Shown in pieces: positions 37,104 to 45,977 of a stretch of 56,582 bases of DNA (positions are counted from its first letter, which is position 1; each line of letters begins with the position of its first letter). Location: positions 1 to 56,582 of the IMG/VR virus record IMGVR_UViG_3300025889_000144, one strand, 5' to 3'. The DNA comes from a virus. Taxonomy: Duplodnaviria > Caudoviricetes. The position numbers and the translations under genes were made by a program. The notes beneath the pieces are model-generated. The model saw nothing but the letters and a program-made list of their open reading frames with translations, did not search any database and had not been told where the DNA came from.

Positions 37104-37790
37104 GGGACGACACGCAAGCAGGGCATCCGCATAGGAGTCATCTAGTGTTTCAACGTCAGTTTTGTACTTTATCGAAGAAGTCGAGCGCCTAATCTGACCA
37201 TCGCCGGCGTCAACATTTACATTGGCTGCGGCAGTAGTTACAAATGTTGTGCCAACCTGAACCAAATAAACTCTTCCTTCCTGCGTAATCCTCATCCGCT
37301 CCGTTGGGCTGCTCGCTCCCGATGCGGTTGTGCTCAGGACGATCCTGCCCGGCATGTCATTCGCCGAGGGGGTGCCGTCTACATACGCCTGAATTGCTGT
37401 CGCAATTTTAGCCGTGCTAGTTCCATCGTCTCCATACCAGACGATGTTTCCCAGTTCGTCTCCGTTTTGTACAATAGTTCCAATGGTTGACGTGTTTCTG
37501 GATTTAATAAACTGAAAAGCGTATGCAAATGCGTTGCTTTGATAGCTGCCTAGTGCATAGCTTCCGTTAAATACGCCGAGCTTTGTGCTGCTCCCAAAAT
37601 CACTAGACGTATTCACCAACAACCTGCCGGAGCTGTCGATGCGGGCGCGTTCACTACCTCCCGTACTAGCAGAAACAATATCCGTACCGAAACTAATACC
37701 AGTATTAGTATCTGAACCCTTTACGGCGGGAGTACTAGCGTCACCGTCAACGCCCGAGATACCAGTAGAACCGTTGATCGAAATAGACAT
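36825..37790 (-). CDS. tail fibre with C-terminal S74-type intramolecular chaperone
   Basis: start MSISING (TGATG coupling); SSIKYKTDV, GFIAEEV. Confidence 0.85.
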   Translation of the reverse strand: MSISINGSTGISGVDGDASTPAVKGSDTNTGISFGTDIVSASTGGSERARIDSSGRLLVNTSSDFGSSTKLGVFNGSYALGSYQSNAFAYAFQFIKSRNTSTIGTIVQNGDELGNIVWYGDDGTSTAKIATAIQAYVDGTPSANDMPGRIVLSTTASGASSPTERMRITQEGRVYLVQVGTTFVTTAAANVNVDAGDGQIRRSTSSIKYKTDVETLDDSYADALLACRPVWYRSTCEGDNPGHSWWGFIAEEVAAIDPRLVHWKTVEVTYDDKGSPVTTPCDPEPEGVAYDRFVPHLLNLIKRQKEQIEAMEARLSALEGV

Positions 37791-38815
37791 CAGACCACCG
37801 TCCAAACAGAGCCAGAAGGAACCGTAACTGTGACGCCACTTGCGACCGCAATCGGGCCAGCAGACATAGCGTTTTTACCGGTAGTAATAGTGTAACTCCC
37901 GGTGACTGTTTGATCGTTTTCGTAGAAGATTTCATCGAGTCCGCTCCCGGTGGCGCCGCCTCCGCCTCCACCTCCGCCAGTTGCCCAGCTGAGGGTGCCA
38001 GCACCATCAGTGCTGAGAACTTGGCCAGAAGAGCCATCTGCATCCGGCAGTGTCCACAGCACGTCGGAAGAAACTGTGCCAGGAGCTTGGAAACCGACGT
38101 AGTTACTGCTGTCGGTATCAGCAAACCGCAGATCCGACTGAGCGTTGAGCGTCAGGTTGCCGGTAAGAGTGCCGCCGTCTGAGGGCAGATGCGAAACCCA
38201 ACTGAGATAACCAGAGGCATCAGTTGTCAGCGAGGTACCGCTGGCGCCGAATGCAGTCGGCAGGTAATAAACAATCGAGCTAGAGATGCCACTGGCGCTT
38301 AATCCAACAAACTCAGTGCTGCCAGGATCTTCGTCGTAGACGAGTACACCTTCACCGCCAACAAACGGTGCATAAACTAAACCAGAGGCAGAAACGATGC
38401 CATCCTGATCGATCAGAACAGTTTGAACACCGCTGTTCGTAACAGCAATCTGGTTAGCAGCAGGAGAGTAAAAACCTGTGTCACCCCCTTCAAACGCAAT
38501 CGAGGGCGCGGCACTAGAGCCCGCAGCAGCGTTAATGACACCAGAGGCGTAAATGTCGCCGTTCTGGTCTACGAAGATCGTCTGAACACCACTGGTGCTG
38601 ACTGCTAACTGATCGGCGCCAGGCGAAAAAAGACCAGTATCGTCACCAGCAAACGCAAGCGACGGAGAGCTTGCAGTACCAGCAGGTACGTTCTGGAATA
38701 TTTGTTGCGTTAATACGCGTTTATTACTCGTGTCTGAATTTTGAACTACAGGAAAGTAATCACCGCTAGCCAGCGACGAAATTACTGAAAATTCAGAAAT
38801 CTTCTGGCTGGCCAT
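37790..38815 (-). CDS. tail fibre protein
   Basis: two GxxxxPS.AF.G.DTG units; DEIFYEND...NAMSAGPI...VPSGSVWTVV end. Confidence 0.85.
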   Translation of the reverse strand: MASQKISEFSVISSLASGDYFPVVQNSDTSNKRVLTQQIFQNVPAGTASSPSLAFAGDDTGLFSPGADQLAVSTSGVQTIFVDQNGDIYASGVINAAAGSSAAPSIAFEGGDTGFYSPAANQIAVTNSGVQTVLIDQDGIVSASGLVYAPFVGGEGVLVYDEDPGSTEFVGLSASGISSSIVYYLPTAFGASGTSLTTDASGYLSWVSHLPSDGGTLTGNLTLNAQSDLRFADTDSSNYVGFQAPGTVSSDVLWTLPDADGSSGQVLSTDGAGTLSWATGGGGGGGGATGSGLDEIFYENDQTVTGSYTITTGKNAMSAGPIAVASGVTVTVPSGSVWTVV

Positions 38816-38817
38816 CC

Positions 38818-39288
38818 CTACACCGTTTCTAACTGAATTATAGAACCAGTCTCAGTTAAAAAGTATTCAGCGGGTGACGTACTACTCTCTAGTAGTAAGT
38901 AAGCCCGGATATTGTTAAAAAAAAGTGGCTTCTCTATTTCAACCTCCAGTTTCGTCTCAGTTGCTGCTTGACCGATTTTTGTCAGGTAAACCGGGCCGGT
39001 AACAGTTGCGGCCTCGTCGTCCCAAGTCGTGTAGTTGACATGGGCGCCTGATGTAACTGGAGATAGGTACCGGAACTCGCCCGGAGTCATCCCGCTAGCT
39101 TGAGGATAAATAAAGTCTGTATTAACACGAGCGAGTTGACCGACACTCGCTGCATCCAGCGCGATGCCCACGGTCCGACCAGAATCAAGGCTCTGCGAAC
39201 AGGCTTGATAGATAAGGCCGGAAGCGCTTACATAAACGAGATCCCCAGCCGAGATATTGTGCCCAGCTGTAAATGAATTAAGTGACAT
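38818..39288 (-). CDS. virion structural protein
   Basis: AGHNISAGDLVYV, PGE..YLS, IGQA...LEVEI pattern shared with 34267..34770. Confidence 0.75.
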   Translation of the reverse strand: MSLNSFTAGHNISAGDLVYVSASGLIYQACSQSLDSGRTVGIALDAASVGQLARVNTDFIYPQASGMTPGEFRYLSPVTSGAHVNYTTWDDEAATVTGPVYLTKIGQAATETKLEVEIEKPLFFNNIRAYLLLESSTSPAEYFLTETGSIIQLETV

Positions 39289-39350
39289 CTCGACCCCTTG
39301 CTTAGGTCAATTTTAGCGCGACTTGTGTTTAGTTTTTATAAAGCTAGATC

Positions 39351-39470
39351 TTAGCGACCCTGACCCCTCAGTTTCTTGCGGCCGTGGGAAGGGAGACTAT
39401 GACGACCCTGGCCTTGGTGTGTTTTCTTGGGCTTACGTTCAATCAGTTGGACGTTCTTAGGCTTGGACAT
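39351..39470 (-). CDS. tiny basic protein ending KKLRGQGR
   Basis: 39-aa ORF; KKTHQGQG...RGQGR motif recalled from phage late regions. Confidence 0.65.
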   Translation of the reverse strand: MSKPKNVQLIERKPKKTHQGQGRHSLPSHGRKKLRGQGR

Positions 39471-39516
39471 CGGAACCGCTAGAAGCAGCGCAAGTTTAGA
39501 GCCTTAAGAAGTTTTG

Positions 39517-40170
39517 TCAATCGACGTTGTTAACCGTCAAGATAATAGAAGGTATATCAGGATGTGAGGGGACAGCATGACCGCTAGCAGCAAGAGCAAC
39601 GACGTTTAGGTCATCAGAATGCCAGTACAACTGAGCGTACTCGTTGGAGTCCATACTTAAGAAAAAATTCCAAGCAGCTACCTGGCGATCAGAGGAGCCC
39701 TCGACGACAATAGTGGTTGCCGACCAAGGGACTCCCACGCCGTTTTTGGCTAACCAGATATCGACGTCTTCCTTGTTAGCGCTGCTTTTCTCAAGCTGAG
39801 CAGAGAATTGTATGTTGTAGACACCTGAATTCGCCACCTGGATCATCGAACCTGAGATGACTGAAACTCCGCGAGAGTCGATAGTGGTGTTATATGTAAA
39901 TGCGTTGCCTGAAGATGCTGAAGGGTTGGTTTGAGTCGTTGTGTCGAAAGCGTTTAAAAAGTAGCGCTGGGTTGCGTCCGTACCGGCAGCGCCACTAGGT
40001 CCAACAGCTCCGCTGGGGCCTGGGATGATGCCGTTAATAAGAACAAGATCCCCATCATCTCGAGTTGTGTACAAATACCCCGAAGGGGTGTACATCATCA
40101 ACTCACCAACAACAGGATCTCCTTGGGAAATCCCAGAAGCGGTCCGCTTCAGACGTTGAAAATTAGCCAT
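39517..40170 (-). CDS. tail/spike protein with C1q/BclA-like C-terminal domain
   Basis: short GPSG collagen-like stretch; GVYNIQFSAQL, IWLAKNG, AAWNF, PSIILTV. Confidence 0.75.
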   Translation of the reverse strand: MANFQRLKRTASGISQGDPVVGELMMYTPSGYLYTTRDDGDLVLINGIIPGPSGAVGPSGAAGTDATQRYFLNAFDTTTQTNPSASSGNAFTYNTTIDSRGVSVISGSMIQVANSGVYNIQFSAQLEKSSANKEDVDIWLAKNGVGVPWSATTIVVEGSSDRQVAAWNFFLSMDSNEYAQLYWHSDDLNVVALAASGHAVPSHPDIPSIILTVNNVD

Positions 40171-41237
40171 CAGACCACACCTCCATCGATGTCTAGATCA
40201 ACCCAGCCTGTTCCATTCCAAACCTTCAAGCGGTTTGTGGAGGAATCAAACCAGCCAGCACCCTGCACAGCGTTGGCCGGTGCAATAGCACTGTAGGCAA
40301 AGCTGCGAGAGACACCAGACTCATACCAACCGCTAGAGGTTGCGTCATAGATAAACAAGTTACCCATGAGCGAGTTAAACCACAGGGAGCCATCGCGAGG
40401 CGGAGCGGTAAGCCCAGTGCCAGAAGGAGGCAGCTCACTCTTATAAGCCAGTGCTTCAGCGTTGGTTTGATACCAAGCCGGGTCCGCAATGCCGTTACCG
40501 CTGGCATACACGAAGAGGCGACCTTGATTCGTGTCGAACCAAAGAGAGCCTGCCGTGTACCCAACACCGGGATCCCCCGAAACAATTACAGATGTACCAC
40601 TTGCGGTACCACCTCCACCGCCGCCGGCAGCTCCGTTAATAACTGTGTAGATACCGCTGTAGGTTACAGAAGTGTTTGCGCCACTTAAAACAGTATTGGT
40701 GATACCGGAAACAACACCAACACCAGCGTTGTACCCGAAGTCGACAAGCCCTTCTCCACGGAAATTCGTGGAGATGATCGCAGTATCGCCAGAAGTGGTA
40801 ACAGTGATGCCGTTGCCACCAGCCACACCGCTGATAACAACCGAAGACTCTGCCGTCGCGCCGCTGATTACTGCGAAGCTGCCCGAGTACGTGACGTCAA
40901 CACCGCCAAGGCCAACTAGATTGACGCCAATCTCAACTGCAGACCCACTTGGTGCGATGTAGACACCAGAGCCTGCCAAAATACCGCTGGGGTCGATTCC
41001 CCCGCCCCCGCTTTGAATACCGCTAATACTCGTATTTAAATCTTCTAATGCCCGAACCACCCCCTCGAAGTTCCAGGGGTAGCCGTAGGCACAACGAGAA
41101 TAACTGATAGTTCCCACGCCGCTAACCGTTCCGATAAGTTCTTCAATGACCTCGACGATGCCCTGGAACGACTCGCTATGAAGTGCCCTAGGCCGTGCGC
41201 CGTGAGTGGGACAGGCGGGTACGTTGATCTCAGTCAT
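40170..41237 (-). CDS. tail fibre-like protein
   Basis: Gly/Ser-rich; repeated GSLWFD/N...L..Y units; ends DIDGG. Confidence 0.8.
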   Translation of the reverse strand: MTEINVPACPTHGARPRALHSESFQGIVEVIEELIGTVSGVGTISYSRCAYGYPWNFEGVVRALEDLNTSISGIQSGGGGIDPSGILAGSGVYIAPSGSAVEIGVNLVGLGGVDVTYSGSFAVISGATAESSVVISGVAGGNGITVTTSGDTAIISTNFRGEGLVDFGYNAGVGVVSGITNTVLSGANTSVTYSGIYTVINGAAGGGGGGTASGTSVIVSGDPGVGYTAGSLWFDTNQGRLFVYASGNGIADPAWYQTNAEALAYKSELPPSGTGLTAPPRDGSLWFNSLMGNLFIYDATSSGWYESGVSRSFAYSAIAPANAVQGAGWFDSSTNRLKVWNGTGWVDLDIDGGVV

Positions 41238-41290
41238 TTACAAACGTAGTCCCTCCCGTATTCTCCAGTTTAACCGAGGGAGTCTAAATT

Positions 41291-41458
41291 CTACGTCTTT
41301 AAATGACTCGCAAGAACTTTGAATACGAGTTCACCGTCTCGTTCGTGAACGGCAAAGTTTTCAGCTAAGCGCCAGGCAGGTATACCAAGCACAGTTGCTT
41401 TCTTGCGCAGAGCCTCCCAAGTAATCTCTTCTACAGGCCCGACTGTAGTTTTAGACAC
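41291..41458 (-). CDS. small hypothetical protein
   Basis: 55-aa GTG ORF (SKTTVGPVEEITWEALRKKA...). Confidence 0.5.
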   Translation of the reverse strand: MSKTTVGPVEEITWEALRKKATVLGIPAWRLAENFAVHERDGELVFKVLASHLKT

Positions 41459-41855
41459 AGTGCACCTCTAAGTTTCACAAAGTCTATACGCTTATAGGAA
41501 GTTATGTAAACCACGGGCTGGCCGTATGTCTTCAAACCGCACTCAAAAAAATTTCCGTCAAAAACTTTCTGTAAAACTCCCTAGTCACAACCAATCTGTG
41601 TCCGGCTAATAAAAGATAAGTTATTAGAGTCGTATCTAGATAAACGTATAAAGTTAGAGTCTTAGAAAACTACTAGGCAAACATTAAGGAGACGTTTTAA
41701 AAAAGATAAAAGTTTTTGTTTCAACCTAGTCTTGTTGGAGACTGAACTATTAAAGAAAGAAAGAAACTAAAGGGAAGCTGCACTCACTACTCCTTTGTAC
41801 GCTCTGTGCCTTCTGTGATCTCCATAGTTCCTTAACGTGTCCTGGCGTACATCCG

Positions 41856-42578
41856 GTGTTATGCTGCGCCCAACATGCGACTCTTGTCATGGGCATGAAC
41901 CTAAGAGCAGTAGCGCTTCTGGGACTGCTTGACCTTGACGATGCCGGCCTTAAGGCGCCTACGGGGGCTCCTGAGACTGTCGACCACCAAGGTCATTGGA
42001 GGATCGAGCACCACTCGGATCTCTCCGTCTGGCGCTGCCTTTGCGGACGCTCTGAACCACTCCTGGTTCCATCTGAGTTTCGGAAGCGCGTCCGGCTCCC
42101 TCACGACTTGGTGCAAGGCTGCGAGGTCTGCCGCAGCGAGCTGGCATTTTGCTCGAGTCGCGCTTCGAGGCTCCACGCTTGGCTGGAGAGGAACCGCCCG
42201 CTTATCGATCCGGATGCTCACCTTGAGTACCCAGAGGATCGCGGCTACACCTACAGCGACGACGATGGTCAATCGACCCGCACTCGCCGCTTTGTGTACG
42301 AAGCATTCTTTAAGACAAAGCTAAGATCAAGTGACTTTGTGCGTTCCAAGTGCTCTAATCCATTCTGTATCAACCCATACCACTTGTGTATCACGTCAAC
42401 GCCCAACCAGAAGACCACTCCGCAAGTCGAACGGATGGTTCTCCACTTGCAGGAACTAGGCATCTCTGCCAAGGTTACTCAACGAGTTATTCTTCAGAAA
42501 TTCGAAATCAAGTTATCGCTTTCCACAATCCAAGGCATCAGGGCAGGATCCAAGCGATTACTCGCCACAGCAGCTTGA
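41856..42578 (+). CDS. Cys-rich degenerate HNH zinc-loop + HTH-like protein
   Basis: WRCLCG, CEVC, VRSKCSNPFCINPYHL, LSLSTIQGIR; start uncertain. Confidence 0.7.
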   Translation: MLCCAQHATLVMGMNLRAVALLGLLDLDDAGLKAPTGAPETVDHQGHWRIEHHSDLSVWRCLCGRSEPLLVPSEFRKRVRLPHDLVQGCEVCRSELAFCSSRASRLHAWLERNRPLIDPDAHLEYPEDRGYTYSDDDGQSTRTRRFVYEAFFKTKLRSSDFVRSKCSNPFCINPYHLCITSTPNQKTTPQVERMVLHLQELGISAKVTQRVILQKFEIKLSLSTIQGIRAGSKRLLATAA

Positions 42579-42787
42579 TCCTTGACTTAAAGGCGATTCA
42601 ACCTGCTAGTCTTTCTGAGATTGCCGAAGAAGTCGGTCAATCTACGAGCTCAGTCCGAAATCATCTAAAACGGCTCACTCAACTCGATCTTGTTATCAGG
42701 GTCGCATTTGAACACCACACTCTTTACTGTCTAAACGGTGATTACAACCTACACATCGACCGCATACTCGGGGAACTCTACGAGTGA
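42575..42787 (+). CDS. winged-helix regulator (ArsR/HTH-like)
   Basis: SLSEIAEEVGQSTSSVRNHLKRL..LDLV; start uncertain (TTG 42575 assumed). Confidence 0.75.
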   Translation: MILDLKAIQPASLSEIAEEVGQSTSSVRNHLKRLTQLDLVIRVAFEHHTLYCLNGDYNLHIDRILGELYE

Positions 42788-43190
42788 ACTTCGCCGCCCT
42801 TGTTTGTGGGAGGAAGATCTCAAGATCGATAACTTACCGGCATGGATCTACACGGATAACCAGCCGCCAAAAGACATGTGCGACTGCGAGGCAAAAATCA
42901 GCTCGCTGGAGTACACAATTCGTGACATCGAGCTGCAGATTGAAATCCGTGAACTTGAACTAAAAACAGGTAGCTCTAGACACAGTAGCGCATTTGACTA
43001 TGAGAAATGGAAGGTAGGTGCGCTTAAAGCAAAGCAAACACATTTCTACCTTCTAAATGCTTATAGTTACTGGTTGATTAAGAAGCAGCGTAGTGCGCTT
43101 GACAACGGCGGAAGGCTTGATAAGCTTATCGAGCTTCTCATTGAGGATCCCGCAGACTTCGAGACAAAAGCTAAAGCACTCCTAAACTAG
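42738..43190 (+). CDS. hypothetical coiled-coil protein
   Basis: helical ORF in operon; true start probably downstream (GTG 42783 region). Confidence 0.7.
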   Translation: MITTYTSTAYSGNSTSELRRPCLWEEDLKIDNLPAWIYTDNQPPKDMCDCEAKISSLEYTIRDIELQIEIRELELKTGSSRHSSAFDYEKWKVGALKAKQTHFYLLNAYSYWLIKKQRSALDNGGRLDKLIELLIEDPADFETKAKALLN

Positions 43191-43319
43191 AAAGATCAGC
43201 GTGTAACAAAGGCCGCGCTGATATGAGGGGTGCTGTAATCCTTTTAGCCTTTTCGGACCAGCAGTAATTCGCTCTGATTGCCTGGCGCCAGGTGGTCAAG
43301 AGGAGCCCCTCCTTTATTT

Positions 43320-43640
43320 ATGGACATCACACGAGAGATCAAAGACATCCGAGACGCACTAAACAGCATCGAGATTTCCCTGCAGCTTTTAGTCGCTCAG
43401 AAGGATGGAAAAGCTACAACCGCCTTCGTCTCTAAGAAGGTGATTAGTCAGAGACTGAATATTCCATCAGTAACAGTTGACAAGTTGATCCACCAGGGAA
43501 TCGTATCCAAAGGTGAATCAGGTTTGGTGGAGGGTAAACACTATTGCAAGGTTGACCCTGCTGAGCGAAATTCGTCTAAGTTCTTATACGATCCACACGC
43601 GATCATGCAGGCCGCTTGGAGCAACTTTACCTATGTCTGA
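43320..43640 (+). CDS. HTH (excisionase-like) DNA-binding protein
   Basis: FVSKKVISQRLNIPSVTVDKL...LVEGKHY. Confidence 0.65.
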   Translation: MDITREIKDIRDALNSIEISLQLLVAQKDGKATTAFVSKKVISQRLNIPSVTVDKLIHQGIVSKGESGLVEGKHYCKVDPAERNSSKFLYDPHAIMQAAWSNFTYV

Positions 43641-44052
43641 TCTTTCTCGCGGCGCAGCGGCGCTGATTAAAAATCTCTTTGGAGGGAACGAAACCGAGCG
43701 CATGATTAGCGCTGGTGTAGTCCGAACTATCTTGTCGGACATGACACGTCTTTACTTTGAGAACAGAGCTGCTTTAGGTGAAGGGATACTTGTCTTTAAT
43801 CCCGAAAGCCCAGAGGCTTCCAAGTACCTGACTAAAACTGACCTCGAGAACGATTTAGCTGTCGCTCAAGAGGGTATGGATGAAAAGGCTGAAGCATTAT
43901 TCAGCAAGATAATCCGCGTGATCGAGAAAGAGGCCGACTCAGACTTAGCTCTGATCGCAATGGTTCAAACAAATGAGATCTGTGTTCATCTAGTTGATCC
44001 TGTAGAAGCCAACAAAAAAATTGATGAATTATCAAACAGTCTCATTCTCTGA
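43633..44052 (+). CDS. hypothetical protein
   Basis: ATG 43633 overlaps upstream stop. Confidence 0.7.
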   Translation: MSDLSRGAAALIKNLFGGNETERMISAGVVRTILSDMTRLYFENRAALGEGILVFNPESPEASKYLTKTDLENDLAVAQEGMDEKAEALFSKIIRVIEKEADSDLALIAMVQTNEICVHLVDPVEANKKIDELSNSLIL

Positions 44053-44611
44053 TGAGGATTTCGTTTCGCCGCCGGAATTAATAGCTACCACGGCGTCTCT
44101 TTTCGGCGGTGAGATTGAACTAGATCCTGCATCAAGTGAACAAGCAAACCTAGTTGTTCAGGCACAAAAATATATTTCTTGGCACAAGAACGGCCTAAAT
44201 CAAGAGTGGAAGTCAAAAAACGTTTACTTGTTTCCTCCAAGGAGCATACTAAACGGCGACGAACAGCCAAAAGATACGAGGTTGTTTCGAAAAAATTTAA
44301 GATTTAAAAAATCAGCACAACGTGTTTGGCTCGAGCTTGCCTACAACAAGTGGATCAGAAACGAATTTGAACAGGCTGTTATTTTCTTGACTTCGACCGA
44401 GGTCGCCTTGTTAGTTACTCAGAAGATAGGCTTTGACTTTCCTCTCTGTGTACTGAGTGAGAAACCTCACTTACTACGAGAGAAAGATCTAAAACCTATC
44501 GATACGAAGGTATTTGGCTTCGTTTACTACTTGCCACCTCGTGAGGGGTACCAGCAAGCGGTGCATAACTTCTGTGATCTTTATAGTACGCTGGGTCGGG
44601 TGTATACTTGA
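44024..44611 (+). CDS. phage Dam-like N6-adenine methyltransferase homologue with degenerate catalytic motif
   Basis: SPPEL...G.IELDPASS..AN..VQA....NGL.QEW...VYLFPPR (NPPY expected). Confidence 0.75.
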   Translation: MNYQTVSFSDEDFVSPPELIATTASLFGGEIELDPASSEQANLVVQAQKYISWHKNGLNQEWKSKNVYLFPPRSILNGDEQPKDTRLFRKNLRFKKSAQRVWLELAYNKWIRNEFEQAVIFLTSTEVALLVTQKIGFDFPLCVLSEKPHLLREKDLKPIDTKVFGFVYYLPPREGYQQAVHNFCDLYSTLGRVYT

Positions 44612-44864
44612 TCGGGTCTTTCGTGTCCCAAGTATTATCAGGCCCGTATTTATCTCGCTCACCAAAACCTACGCCAACCACGCGCTCTGCTTGTAGTCGC
44701 TGCCTAGATTCACGCTCAACAGTCCGAGCTTTTTCGCGAGCTTCGATATTAAAAAGCTCACCAGCAAAACGAAACGAGTGAGGCTCTCTGCGGAAACGAG
44801 TGCCTCTTCGATTCATGTAAGACTCAGCCCGCCGCTCTAAAGGCGAGCGCGGCAGTTGAGCCAT
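44496..44864 (-). CDS. Arg-rich late protein (RFAG motif)
   Basis: TAATG-coupled to upstream gene; 3' end overlaps the convergent gene. Confidence 0.65.
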   Translation of the reverse strand: MAQLPRSPLERRAESYMNRRGTRFRREPHSFRFAGELFNIEAREKARTVERESRQRLQAERVVGVGFGERDKYGPDNTWDTKDPIKYTPDPAYYKDHRSYAPLAGTPHEVASSKRSQIPSYR

Positions 44865-45640
44865 TACGCCAGACCGCCGTAACTCATCAAACCGGATACA
44901 TCACCGCTCGCGTTGTAGTAGCGACCGATGGCATCAGCGGTATTACGAGCACCATATAAGAACTGTTTAGTTTGAGGGCTTGAGTAATCGTACATAGCTG
45001 TGTACTTATCCTTCATCTGACCCGAAGTTGGGTCAACCCAATCAGCAGTATCGCGGATAGACGAAACATCCATAGAAACCACGGGTGGGTCAAGAGCCAG
45101 TCGCTCGTAACCGCCTAAACGATTAGCTAACGAATATTGATTCTGAATGTTTTGGACTCTGGTGTTTAAACGATCGTAGGCCGCCGAGATATCAGGAGTT
45201 ATCCCTAAGTCAGCACGAGCGGCGGAAGCTACGTCAGAAATAGTATCCGCAAAGTTGTCGTAGTACTGAGTGAGAGCTTCCTCACCAGTCATCCCAGTTA
45301 ATTCGGGGTAAATCTCCTCGATTCGCTTATTGATCTTCTTCGTGGTTTTTTTGCTTTGTGTTTTTAAAGCCTTGGTAGCTGACTTAACGTAATCCTCTAT
45401 TGAGGTGGTTCCACCAAAGAGAGCACCGACGTTACCTGCTAAACGGGTCAGATTAGATAATGAATCGCGACCAGTTTGATAGTTATTTGCGAAATTTAAA
45501 ATTCCCTCTGTTCCGAGAGCGCCGATACCACTCAAATTGCCGAGCACGGACTCGGACCCCGGAATAGATTCGACACCGAACCCTCCTGTAGGAGCAACTG
45601 TCGAAGACCAGTCGTAGTTGGTGGGCAGAGTGACAGGCAT
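44864..45640 (-). CDS. probable internal virion protein
   Basis: 258 aa, Gly-rich N-terminus then helical; in the lysozyme cluster. Confidence 0.7.
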   Translation of the reverse strand: MPVTLPTNYDWSSTVAPTGGFGVESIPGSESVLGNLSGIGALGTEGILNFANNYQTGRDSLSNLTRLAGNVGALFGGTTSIEDYVKSATKALKTQSKKTTKKINKRIEEIYPELTGMTGEEALTQYYDNFADTISDVASAARADLGITPDISAAYDRLNTRVQNIQNQYSLANRLGGYERLALDPPVVSMDVSSIRDTADWVDPTSGQMKDKYTAMYDYSSPQTKQFLYGARNTADAIGRYYNASGDVSGLMSYGGLA

Positions 45641-45665
45641 GGTCTCTAGTACCGAAAGTTAAAGC

Positions 45666-45947
45666 TCAGATCAAGGCCTCGGGGCTTTTAAAGGCTTGGA
45701 TAGCCTGAGCCAACATATTATTCATTGTACTCCTAGTTTGATCCGCATAAGTTGTAGGTCTTGCGCCGTACATTGGAGTAGGTTGCTGTGAAGACCTAAA
45801 GCCGCTGAGGCCACTAAGAATCGCCTGACCTATATCACCAACACCTGTATCGCCGGAGAAATAGTCTCCGGTGTACCCAAGTCCTACATCGCCGTAATCT
45901 GGCGCACCGGCGATATAATCAAAAGCCCCACCTAGGAAGGAATCCAT
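45666..45947 (-). CDS. probable internal virion protein
   Basis: Gly-rich; C-terminus similar to that of 45978..46805; start uncertain. Confidence 0.65.
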   Translation of the reverse strand: MDSFLGGAFDYIAGAPDYGDVGLGYTGDYFSGDTGVGDIGQAILSGLSGFRSSQQPTPMYGARPTTYADQTRSTMNNMLAQAIQAFKSPEALI

Positions 45948-45977
45948 CACCAATCCACGCGTCACTCAATTATAAAT

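Noticed and set aside
43195-43316. 16S rRNA 3'-end mimic (GTAACAAAGG ... CCTCCTT)
   Set aside because: Matches are short and the spacing does not fit helix 45; kept only as a generic structured-RNA candidate
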